A model generated the notes under the pieces. It was not told the origin of the DNA, ran no database searches, and worked only from the letters and a program-made list of their open reading frames with translations. Below, piece after piece: positions 39,597 to 47,157 of a DNA stretch of 64,000 nt. The first letter of the stretch is position 1, and each line of letters begins with the position of its first letter. The DNA is from Planctomycetales bacterium (GTDB lineage: Bacteria; Omnitrophota; Gorgyraeia; Gygaellales; Profunditerraquicolaceae). Where the stretch lies: assembly GCA_005239725.1 (NCBI GenBank), contig SBBM01000045.1:33724-97723 (forward strand), read 5' to 3'. Both the position numbers and the translations under genes were made by a program.

Positions 39597-40867
39597 TGCA
39601 CGAATTTAAATATATAAATAAGCATCTCTACTGTGAGAGGGTAAGAGTCGCGGATTTGGCTAAGAAATTCGGCACGCCTCTGTATGTTTACAGCTACCAT
39701 ACCCTTATTGACCATTTTGCCAAACTTAAGGATGCCTTTCGCCAAGTCAGTCCTCTGATATGTTATTCGGTTAAAGCGAACTCCAATTTGGCCCTTCTTA
39801 AGGCATTAGTTAATAAAGGGGCGGGGCTGGATATTGTTTCCGGTGGGGAACTATTCCGGGCGCTTCGCGTAGGGTGCCCGGCAAAAAAAATAGTTTATGC
39901 CTCTGTAGGCAAGACGGATGAGGAAATAGAAGAGGCGGTGAAGAGGGGGATATTGTTTTTTAACGTTGAATCGCTGCCTGAACTAGAAAATATAAACCGT
40001 ATTTCCGGAAAGTTGAATAAAACTACCAGTGTTGCCATAAGGATAAACCCCGATGTAGAGGCAAAGACGCACAAATTTATCACTACCGGAAAAATAACCA
40101 ATAAGTTCGGCATTGATTTAAAGAGCGCGTATAATATTTTATTATTGCGTGAGAAATTCCGGAACATAAGGATATCGGGTCTGCATATACATATCGGGTC
40201 CCAGATAACCAAGAGCACGCCTTATCTGGCCGCGATAACCAGGATTGTTGGGTTTATCGGCCGGCTGAAAAAAGAAGGGATAGAATTGGAATATCTGAAC
40301 ATCGGGGGAGGCTTAGGCATCATTTACGACAATGAAAAACCGCAGACAGCCGTAAAATACGCCCGGAAAATATTGCCTCTACTTAAAAAGGCCGGGCTTA
40401 AGATAATTATGGAGCCGGGCAGGTTTATCGCCGGTAATTCCGGCATCCTGGTAACCAGGGTTTTATATGTAAAAAATACGCCTAAGAAAAAATTTGTCAT
40501 TGTTGACGCGGGGATGAATGATTTAATCCGCCCGGCTTTATACGGTGCCTATCATCAGATTTTACCGCTATGCGCTGAACGCTATACCCCAAACGCTGCT
40601 GAAAAGGTCGATATTGTCGGGCCTATTTGCGAAAGCGGGGATTTCTTTGCCAAAGAAAGAAGGCTCCCTAAACTAAAGGAGGGGGATTTTTTAGCAGTTA
40701 TGGGCGCGGGCGCTTACGGGTTCAGCATGTCTTCGAATTACAATTCCCGGCGCCGGGCAGAAGAGGCGCTGGTTGTAAAAGACAAGGTTTTCGTAATCCG
40801 GAAAAGGGAATCATGTCGAGATTTAATTCGTAATGAATTGATACCGCCGTTTCTTTCAGGATGGTGA
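39596..40867 (+). CDS. lysA: Diaminopimelate decarboxylase
   Basis: TPLYVYS, CYSVKAN (PLP-Lys), GGG.GI, EPGR… and CESGD; 1-nt overlap with the argH stop. Confidence 0.85.
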   Translation: MHEFKYINKHLYCERVRVADLAKKFGTPLYVYSYHTLIDHFAKLKDAFRQVSPLICYSVKANSNLALLKALVNKGAGLDIVSGGELFRALRVGCPAKKIVYASVGKTDEEIEEAVKRGILFFNVESLPELENINRISGKLNKTTSVAIRINPDVEAKTHKFITTGKITNKFGIDLKSAYNILLLREKFRNIRISGLHIHIGSQITKSTPYLAAITRIVGFIGRLKKEGIELEYLNIGGGLGIIYDNEKPQTAVKYARKILPLLKKAGLKIIMEPGRFIAGNSGILVTRVLYVKNTPKKKFVIVDAGMNDLIRPALYGAYHQILPLCAERYTPNAAEKVDIVGPICESGDFFAKERRLPKLKEGDFLAVMGAGAYGFSMSSNYNSRRRAEEALVVKDKVFVIRKRESCRDLIRNELIPPFLSGW

Positions 40868-40932
40868 CGCGACGAATAAGGAGCGTCGTCTATCGTGCCC
40901 GCTCCGGATGTGAGGCTGGCCGGGTGGAACAT

Positions 40933-41754
40933 ATGCAAAAAATAAATTTCACAAAGATGGTGGCATCCGGGAATGACTTCCTGGTTGTAGATTGTTCTTT
41001 ACCACCCGCAATGGCTAAAGGTGAGCTTTCCCGTCTGGCAAAAAAGATGTGCGACAGGAAATACGGGATAGGCGCAGACGGTTTATTAGTGGCGGAGAAA
41101 TCAAAGACTGCTGATATAAAGATGCGGATTTTTAACCCCGACGGCTCCGAAGCAGGAATGTGCGGCAACGGCGCGCGTTGCTTTGCCCTTTGGGCGGGCG
41201 CAAGGCGTATAGAGACAATGGCAGGAATAATCGAGGCCGCTGTAAATAAGGATAGGGCAAAAATAAAATTGACTGACCCCCGCGGATTAAGGCTAAATAT
41301 TCCATTGAAAATTAACGCCAGGGCACTCAGGGCCGATTTTATAAATACAGGCGTGCCGCATGCGGTAGTATTCGTGGAGGGCCTGGAGAGTATCGATGTG
41401 CCGGCCCTGGGAAGGCCTTTGCGTTATCACAGGAAATTTTATCCGGCAGGCACAAATGTGGATTTTGTGGAAGTTATGAGTAGGGATTCCATTAAGGCCA
41501 GGACTTATGAAAGGGGTGTTGAAGATGAAACCCTTGCCTGCGGCACGGGTGCCGTAGCCTCGGCAATAATTTCGAGTGTCAGGTGTCAAGCCCTCCTCTT
41601 CAGCCGGCAGGCGTCAGGTGCCAGGTGCGTTAACGTGTGCACTCAAAGCGGCGAGATACTAAAAGTATATTTTGACTGGTTCCATAATACCTTCAGCAAC
41701 GTCTGGCTGGAAGGAAAGGCAAAAATAATCTGCAAAGGAGCTTATTATGTTTAA
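40933..41754 (+). CDS. dapF: Diaminopimelate epimerase
   Basis: FTKMVASGNDFLVVD, CGNGARC, ACGTGA (two catalytic Cys). ATG at 40933 is preferred over the upstream extension. Confidence 0.8.
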   Translation: MQKINFTKMVASGNDFLVVDCSLPPAMAKGELSRLAKKMCDRKYGIGADGLLVAEKSKTADIKMRIFNPDGSEAGMCGNGARCFALWAGARRIETMAGIIEAAVNKDRAKIKLTDPRGLRLNIPLKINARALRADFINTGVPHAVVFVEGLESIDVPALGRPLRYHRKFYPAGTNVDFVEVMSRDSIKARTYERGVEDETLACGTGAVASAIISSVRCQALLFSRQASGARCVNVCTQSGEILKVYFDWFHNTFSNVWLEGKAKIICKGAYYV

Positions 41755-42625
41755 GGGTTCGATTGTCGCAATTGTTACTCCGTTCAAGGAAGGCAGAGTT
41801 GATGAGAAGAAATTGCGCGATTTGATAGAATTCCAGATTAAAAGTGGGACCTCCGGCATTGTCCCCTGCGGAACAACCGGCGAATCCGCCACTCTGTCTT
41901 TTGACGAACATGAGAGGGTAATCGAGATAACGATTGAACAGGTGAAAAAGAGGGTGCCGGTTATCGCAGGCACAGGCTCAAATTCAACCGAAGAGGCAAT
42001 TATGCTGACCAGGCACGCGGCTCAAGCCGGGGCAGATGCCTCTTTGCAGGTTTCTCCTTATTATAACCGGCCGACGCAGAAGGGCCTGTACGAACATTTT
42101 AAGACAATCGCAGATAACGTGAATATCCCGATAATACTTTACAATATCGCTTCGCGCACAGGCGTAAATATCGAGCCGGAAACAATCGCAAGGCTCGCTT
42201 CCGATTGCAAGAATATCGTGGGGGTAAAAGAGGCGTCGGGGAGCCTGGATCAGATGTCGCGCATAAAAGCCCTCTGCGGCGCGGGTTTTGATTTGTTATC
42301 CGGCGACGATAGCCTTACGTTGCCCGTATTATCCATAGGCGGCGCAGGGGTTATTTCGGTGGTGGCTAATATTGTCCCCCGGGATGTCGCGGATTTGGTT
42401 GCAGAGTTTGAAAAAGGCAATTTGAAAAAGGCGCAGGAACTGCATTATAAGCTTTTGCCGCTGATAAAATCCGCTTTTATTGAAACAAACCCTATTCCCC
42501 TAAAGGCTGCTATGGGTTTACTGGGGATGTGTGAACCGGATTTAAGGCTGCCGATGTCGGCAATGCTTCCGGAAAACGTAGAGAAATTAAAAAAGGCATT
42601 GAAAGATTACGGGCTATTAAAATAA
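41747..42625 (+). CDS. dapA: 4-hydroxy-tetrahydrodipicolinate synthase
   Basis: GSIVAIVTPF, GTTGES.TL, active-site Lys region …VVGVKEASG. Confidence 0.85.
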   Translation: MFKGSIVAIVTPFKEGRVDEKKLRDLIEFQIKSGTSGIVPCGTTGESATLSFDEHERVIEITIEQVKKRVPVIAGTGSNSTEEAIMLTRHAAQAGADASLQVSPYYNRPTQKGLYEHFKTIADNVNIPIILYNIASRTGVNIEPETIARLASDCKNIVGVKEASGSLDQMSRIKALCGAGFDLLSGDDSLTLPVLSIGGAGVISVVANIVPRDVADLVAEFEKGNLKKAQELHYKLLPLIKSAFIETNPIPLKAAMGLLGMCEPDLRLPMSAMLPENVEKLKKALKDYGLLK

Positions 42626-42689
42626 AAACTAATCCGGGGACGGTTCTGAAATGAAGCGAAAAGTCTACCCCGGCAAAGGAGCGAATTTA

Positions 42690-43406
42690 ATGATTAAATT
42701 AGGAATAGCCGGTGTTTGCGGGAAGATGGGCAGGAGGATATTTGAATTAGCTTGCGCGGACAGGGATTTTGAAGTAACCCTTGCCCTGGAAAGGAAGGGG
42801 ATTCCGGAAATCGGCAAAGAATTAGGCAGGCTAAAGATATCTTCGAGCGCGGACGGGTTATTTTTGGTGGATGTATTCATAGATTTCACCAGCGCCGAAG
42901 GCAGCGATACAAATTTAGATTACGTTGTTAGGTATAAAAAGGCGCTTATATTGGGGACCACCGGACTAAATGACGCGCAGCTAAAGAAAGTTGAGGAGGT
43001 CTCCAGGGTTGTGCCTGTTGTATTTTCCCCGAATATGTCCATAGGCGTAAATGTCCTGTTTTCCATGCTCCCGGAGATGGTAAAAAAATTAGGGCCGAAT
43101 TACAGTATTGAAATTGTTGAGGCGCACCATAAGGCTAAGAAGGATGCCCCTTCAGGCACGGCGAAAAAATTCGGCCAGATACTGGCGGAGACGACGGGAA
43201 AAGAGATTCCCATTCACGCTATACGGCTGGGGGATATTGTCGGAGACCATACGATTATCTTTTGCGGAAATTCCGAGCGCATTGAAATAAAACACCAGGC
43301 GCACTCCCGGGATTTATTCGCGCAGGGCGCATTAAAAGCGGCAAAGTGGATTAACGGAAAATCCGCGGGGCTCTATTCGATGCAGGACGTGTTGAAGGAG
43401 GGATAG
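42690..43406 (+). CDS. dapB: 4-hydroxy-tetrahydrodipicolinate reductase
   Basis: IKLGIAGVCGKMGRRI (NAD(P) binding), E.HH..K.DAPSGTA. The AGGAG RBS is 8 nt before the ATG at 42690; the ORF track started at 42651. Confidence 0.8.
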   Translation: MIKLGIAGVCGKMGRRIFELACADRDFEVTLALERKGIPEIGKELGRLKISSSADGLFLVDVFIDFTSAEGSDTNLDYVVRYKKALILGTTGLNDAQLKKVEEVSRVVPVVFSPNMSIGVNVLFSMLPEMVKKLGPNYSIEIVEAHHKAKKDAPSGTAKKFGQILAETTGKEIPIHAIRLGDIVGDHTIIFCGNSERIEIKHQAHSRDLFAQGALKAAKWINGKSAGLYSMQDVLKEG

Positions 43407-43407
43407 T

Positions 43408-43442
43408 CCCCTTCCTTTCGACTGCGTTCAGGGTAAGCGGGG
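43408..43442. repeat. Inverted-orientation copy of the ~35-nt element seen at 23572-23605
   Basis: CCCTTCCTTTCGACTGCGTTCAGGGTAAGCGGGG versus the reverse complement of the 23572 copy, CCCTTCCCTTCGACTGCGCGCTGGGTAAGCGGGG. Confidence 0.6.
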
Positions 43443-43465
43443 ATAGTTCCTAAAACCGAGGGAAT

Positions 43466-44638
43466 ATGTTTGAGCTTTCAAAAAAATTAAAAAAGTTGCC
43501 GCCGTACCTTTTTTTAGAAATTGATAAGGCAAAAAGGCAAGCGCGCGCAGAAGGAAGAGATGTAATTGATTTCGGCGTAGGGGACCCTGACCAGCCTACG
43601 CCGATTTATATTATTGAGGCCCTGCATAAGGCAAGCCTTGACCCGGTGAATCACCGGTATGCCCTTGACCAGGGCATGCCGGCTTTGCGCCTGGCAATCG
43701 CAAACTGGTATAAAAGGCGCTTTGCCGTAGGGCTTAATCCGGATGAAGAGATTTTGCCTTTAATCGGCTCAAAAGAAGGGATTGCCCATCTCCCATTGGC
43801 CTTTATCAACAAAGGGGATTATTCATTGGTGCCTGACCCCTGTTATCCGCCTTATCAAGGCGGGACAATTTTGGCCGGAGGCAGGCCTTATCTTGTGCCA
43901 TTATTGGAATCCAACGGTTTCCTGCCGGATTTTAAAAAAATTCCCCCCTCGGTCAGGAAGAAAGCAAAGATTTTGTACTTGAATTACCCGAATAACCCCA
44001 CATCGGCCACGGCGGAAAAGACCTTTTATCGTAAGGCCGTAGACTTTGCGGATAAGAATAAGATTATTATAGTTTCCGACCTGGCATATTCCGAAATCTG
44101 CTATGACGGCTACAGGCCGCAAAGTTTGCTTGAAGTTGACGGGGCAAGGGAAGTGGCGATAGAATTCCATTCGCTATCCAAGACTTACAATATGACCGGC
44201 TGGCGCATAGGCTGGGCCTGCGGCAATAAGGATTTAATCGCGGGTTTGGCAAAAGTGAAGTCAAATATTGACTCCGGTATATTTTCCGCAATCCAGATTG
44301 CAGGCATCACTGCTTTAGATAGTGACGATAAATATGTCCAGAATATGCGCGAATTTTATCAGATGCGCCGGGATATCCTGGTAGAGGGCCTGGATTCACT
44401 GGGCTGGAAGGTAAAAAAACCAAAGGCAACTTTCTATATCTGGACAAAAATACCCGGCAAGATTGATTCCATAACTTTTTCCCGCCGGTTGTTAGAAAAG
44501 GCGGATATCATTGCTACCCCGGGTGTAGGGTTCGGCGGGCAGGGAGAGGGTTATATCCGTTTTGCCCTCACTGTAAATAAAGAAAGAATAAAAGAGGCGG
44601 TCCAGAGGCTTAAAAAGGTATGGCAACTTGTTTTATAG
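43466..44638 (+). CDS. Class I/II aminotransferase, probable LL-diaminopimelate aminotransferase (DapL type)
   Basis: N-terminal pattern LPPYLFLEIDKAKRQARAEGRDVIDFGVGDPDQPTP resembles DapL (…F.EI…(K)…II.LGIGD…P.P). PLP-Lys region SLSKTYNMTGWRIGW. It terminates a lysA-dapF-dapA-dapB string. Confidence 0.55.
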   Translation: MFELSKKLKKLPPYLFLEIDKAKRQARAEGRDVIDFGVGDPDQPTPIYIIEALHKASLDPVNHRYALDQGMPALRLAIANWYKRRFAVGLNPDEEILPLIGSKEGIAHLPLAFINKGDYSLVPDPCYPPYQGGTILAGGRPYLVPLLESNGFLPDFKKIPPSVRKKAKILYLNYPNNPTSATAEKTFYRKAVDFADKNKIIIVSDLAYSEICYDGYRPQSLLEVDGAREVAIEFHSLSKTYNMTGWRIGWACGNKDLIAGLAKVKSNIDSGIFSAIQIAGITALDSDDKYVQNMREFYQMRRDILVEGLDSLGWKVKKPKATFYIWTKIPGKIDSITFSRRLLEKADIIATPGVGFGGQGEGYIRFALTVNKERIKEAVQRLKKVWQLVL

Positions 44639-45102
44639 GCATGGGTTCTAACCTCGGCGACAGGGAATATTACATAAATAACGCCATAAAAAAAATCCGG
44701 GCAATGCCCGGTACGCAGATTAAAAAAATTTCCCGCATAATCGAGAGCCCTCCTGAGGGCGCTTCTCCCCAGGGGCCTTATCTTAACGGGGTAATGGAGA
44801 TAGAAACAACTCTTAGGCCATATCAGCTCCTTCAGGAATTGCAGGGTATAGAATCTTCTCTGGGCAGGGTGCGCACGGTTAAAGGCGGGCCCAGGACAAT
44901 TGACCTGGATATTTTAACCTACGGCGGCATCCGTATGAATGAAATGGCATTAAGCATACCTCATCCCCGTATGCTGGAGAGAGATTTCGTGCTCAAGCCA
45001 TTAAGAGAGATTGCGCCGGAAATAGTTAGAAAACTTAAGAAACAAAAGGCTACAAAGAAAAAATGGAAGTCATCAGGGATATTAAAGAGATGCAGGCAAT
45101 AG
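44620..45102 (+). CDS. folK: 2-amino-4-hydroxy-6-hydroxymethyldihydropteridine diphosphokinase (HPPK)
   Basis: CFIGMGSNLGDRE, RTIDLDIL, HPR; 160 aa. Confidence 0.8.
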   Translation: MATCFIGMGSNLGDREYYINNAIKKIRAMPGTQIKKISRIIESPPEGASPQGPYLNGVMEIETTLRPYQLLQELQGIESSLGRVRTVKGGPRTIDLDILTYGGIRMNEMALSIPHPRMLERDFVLKPLREIAPEIVRKLKKQKATKKKWKSSGILKRCRQ

Positions 45103-45908
45103 CCCGGGCAATGCGCATGGCAGATAAGACGATAGGTTTTGTGCCTACAATGGGGGCATTGCATAAAGGCCACCTTGGCCTTATCCGCCAGGCAGTTAAG
45201 GAAAACGATATCAGCGTAGTCAGTATATTTGTCAATCCTATCCAGTTCGGGCCACAAGAGGATTTCAGGCGTTACCCGCGGCCGTTAAGCAAAGATTTGG
45301 CTTTGTGCCGGAAGGCAGGAGTAGATTTTGTATTTTGCCCCCGGCCGCAAGATTTTTACCCCTCCGGGTATAAAACTTTTATTGAAGTTAAAGAATTAAG
45401 CGATGCGCTTTGCGGGGCATGCCGTCCCGGGCATTTCCGCGGCGTGGTTACTGTGGTGGCGAAGTTATTTAATATTCTCCAGCCCTCATGCGCATATTTT
45501 GGGCAGAAAGACGCCCAGCAAGCGGTAATCATAAAGAAGATGGTTTCGGACCTAAATATGCCCGTAAAATTAAAAGTAATGCCGATAATACGGGAAAAAG
45601 ACGGCCTTGCCTTTAGCTCGCGAAACATATATTTAAGCCGCGAACAAAGAAAAGATGCCGCAGTTTTATCTGCGGCATTGCATATTGCAGGTAATTTAGT
45701 CAAATCCGGAATCCGGGATGCGCATAAAATAATCCGGAAAATCAAAGGAGTCATCAAGGCAAAGAAGGCGGCGAGGATTGATTATGTTTCTATCGTTGAC
45801 CCGGATAACTTAAGGCCGGTAAAAAAGATAACCGGCCGGTGTTTGATTGCCTTGGCAGTCTGGATAGGCAAAACCAGGCTTATAGACAATATTATAGTAA
45901 CTGTGTAA
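45063..45908 (+). CDS. panC: Pantoate--beta-alanine ligase
   Basis: IGFVPTMGALHKGHLGLI (HIGH-like), FGQKDAQQ, V.SIFVNP.QFG. Confidence 0.85.
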   Translation: MEVIRDIKEMQAIARAMRMADKTIGFVPTMGALHKGHLGLIRQAVKENDISVVSIFVNPIQFGPQEDFRRYPRPLSKDLALCRKAGVDFVFCPRPQDFYPSGYKTFIEVKELSDALCGACRPGHFRGVVTVVAKLFNILQPSCAYFGQKDAQQAVIIKKMVSDLNMPVKLKVMPIIREKDGLAFSSRNIYLSREQRKDAAVLSAALHIAGNLVKSGIRDAHKIIRKIKGVIKAKKAARIDYVSIVDPDNLRPVKKITGRCLIALAVWIGKTRLIDNIIVTV

Positions 45909-45916
45909 TGTTCAAA

Positions 45917-45986
45917 GTGTAATGTGTAAAACGAGTGTAAGGCATCAATGTGGAATGGAACCATATTACACGTTACACATTTAACG
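45917..45986. promoter_or_regulatory. Array of convergent GTGTAA / TTACAC hexamers forming an imperfect inverted repeat upstream of nadX
   Basis: Left arm GTGTAATGTGTAAAACGAGTGTAA (45917-45940) and right arm TTACACGTTACACATTTAACG (45966-45986), 12 nt before the nadX ATG. Confidence 0.35.
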
Positions 45987-45998
45987 TTAGACAAAACA

Positions 45999-46823
45999 AT
46001 GGCAAAATTACTGAGAATAGGCATAGTGGGTTGCGGGGCAATCGGCAGTTCTTTGGCTGAAACTATTGCCAAGGATTTCTCCGGCCAGGCGGCATTGGCA
46101 GCGGTTTATGACATAGACAATGCAAAATCCGGAAATTTGTCCCGGCGGTTTTCAAAAACAAAAAATATCGCAGCCTCCAGTATCCGGGAGTTAATCCGGA
46201 AATGCGATTTGGTTATTGAGGCGTCATCGAGCAAATGTTCGTGGGAAATTTCCCGGGAGGCCGTAAGAAACGGCCGTGATATTATGGTTATGAGCGTAGG
46301 GGGGATAGCGGGGTATTTGCATCGGCTGGCGTCCTTAGCGGAAAAATCCGGCGCAAAAGTTTATATTCCGACCGGCGCGATATCGGGCATTGACGCCCTG
46401 AAGGCGGCCCGCTGCGGGAAAATAAAAAAGGTTACCCTGAGTACCTATAAGAATCCCCGTTCTTTCCAGGGTGTTAGGTATGCGAAGGAAAACAAAATCG
46501 AATTAAATAAAATCAAAAAAGATACCATATTATTCTCGGGAAGCGCCAAAGAGGCGATTAGATTGTTTCCGCAAAATATCAATGTTGCCGCGGTATTAAG
46601 CATTGCCGGCATAGGTCAGGATAAAACCCGGGTCAGGATTATCGCTTCACCTTCAACAAATAAAAATATTCATCAAGTTGAAATAGAGTCCAGCGCCGGC
46701 AAGATAGTTACGCGCACGGAAAATGTCCTGCATCCGGATAACCCCAAGACAAGCTATCTGGCGTATCTATCGGCAGTGGCAACTTTAAGGCAGATTTTTA
46801 CGCCCGTCAAAGTAGGCACTTAA
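45999..46823 (+). CDS. nadX: L-aspartate dehydrogenase
   Basis: LRIGIVGCGAIGS, PTGAISGIDAL, FPQNINVAAV, NIHQVEIES, HPDNPKTS, a block-wise match to Thermotoga-type NadX. Confidence 0.8.
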   Translation: MAKLLRIGIVGCGAIGSSLAETIAKDFSGQAALAAVYDIDNAKSGNLSRRFSKTKNIAASSIRELIRKCDLVIEASSSKCSWEISREAVRNGRDIMVMSVGGIAGYLHRLASLAEKSGAKVYIPTGAISGIDALKAARCGKIKKVTLSTYKNPRSFQGVRYAKENKIELNKIKKDTILFSGSAKEAIRLFPQNINVAAVLSIAGIGQDKTRVRIIASPSTNKNIHQVEIESSAGKIVTRTENVLHPDNPKTSYLAYLSAVATLRQIFTPVKVGT

Positions 46824-46856
46824 TAAAATTTAAAACGAGAGGGGGTGAAAACAACA

Positions 46857-47099
46857 ATGGCAGAGAAATTGGTAAAGCTAGGCATCAAGCGCCAGAAGGG
46901 TTACCTTTATTTCATTGACAAGCAGGGTGACGTTTCCTGCGCGAAGATGGCAAGAGGCAAGGAAAAGGGAGGGAAGCCTAAGAAGGTAGAGAAGTGTGGC
47001 ATTAAGAGGAAAGAAGGCTATCTTTATTTCCTTGACAAGCAGGGTGACGTTTCCTGCGCGAAGATGCAGAGAGGCGGCAAGAAAAAGAAAAGGAAATAA
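46857..47099 (+). CDS. Small, very basic hypothetical protein built from two tandem ~37-aa repeats ([26 protein letters not shown])
   Basis: The two halves share a 35-nt identical DNA stretch (TTGACAAGCAGGGTGACGTTTCCTGCGCGAAGATG at about 46917 and 47031). Lys-rich tails; GGGGG RBS before the ATG at 46857. Confidence 0.4.
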   Translation: MAEKLVKLGIKRQKGYLYFIDKQGDVSCAKMARGKEKGGKPKKVEKCGIKRKEGYLYFLDKQGDVSCAKMQRGGKKKKRK

Positions 47100-47117
47100 G
47101 AAATACCTAAAAAAAGG

Positions 47118-47150
47118 GGACGGTTCTTTGAAAATAAAAAGAATCGTCCC
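47118..47150 (+). promoter_or_regulatory. Hairpin GGGACGGTTCTTT-gaaaataa-AAAGAATCGTCCC in the uvrA 5' leader
   Basis: 13-bp stem with one G-U pair, ending 7 nt before the uvrA ATG. The GGGGACGGTTCT motif is also found immediately 5' of the ATG at 42651. Confidence 0.35.
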
Positions 47151-47157
47151 TTATCTT

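Noticed and set aside
46857-47099. Small basic protein as ribosomal protein S21 or another r-protein
   Set aside because: The sequence does not match S21, L31, L33, L36 or similar signatures. An internal duplicated repeat is not a feature of those proteins.
46996-47157. Upstream extension of uvrA (ORF track start 46996)
   Set aside because: It overlaps the small duplicated-repeat gene and the leader hairpin. UvrA homology starts at [16 protein letters not shown], the ATG at 47158.
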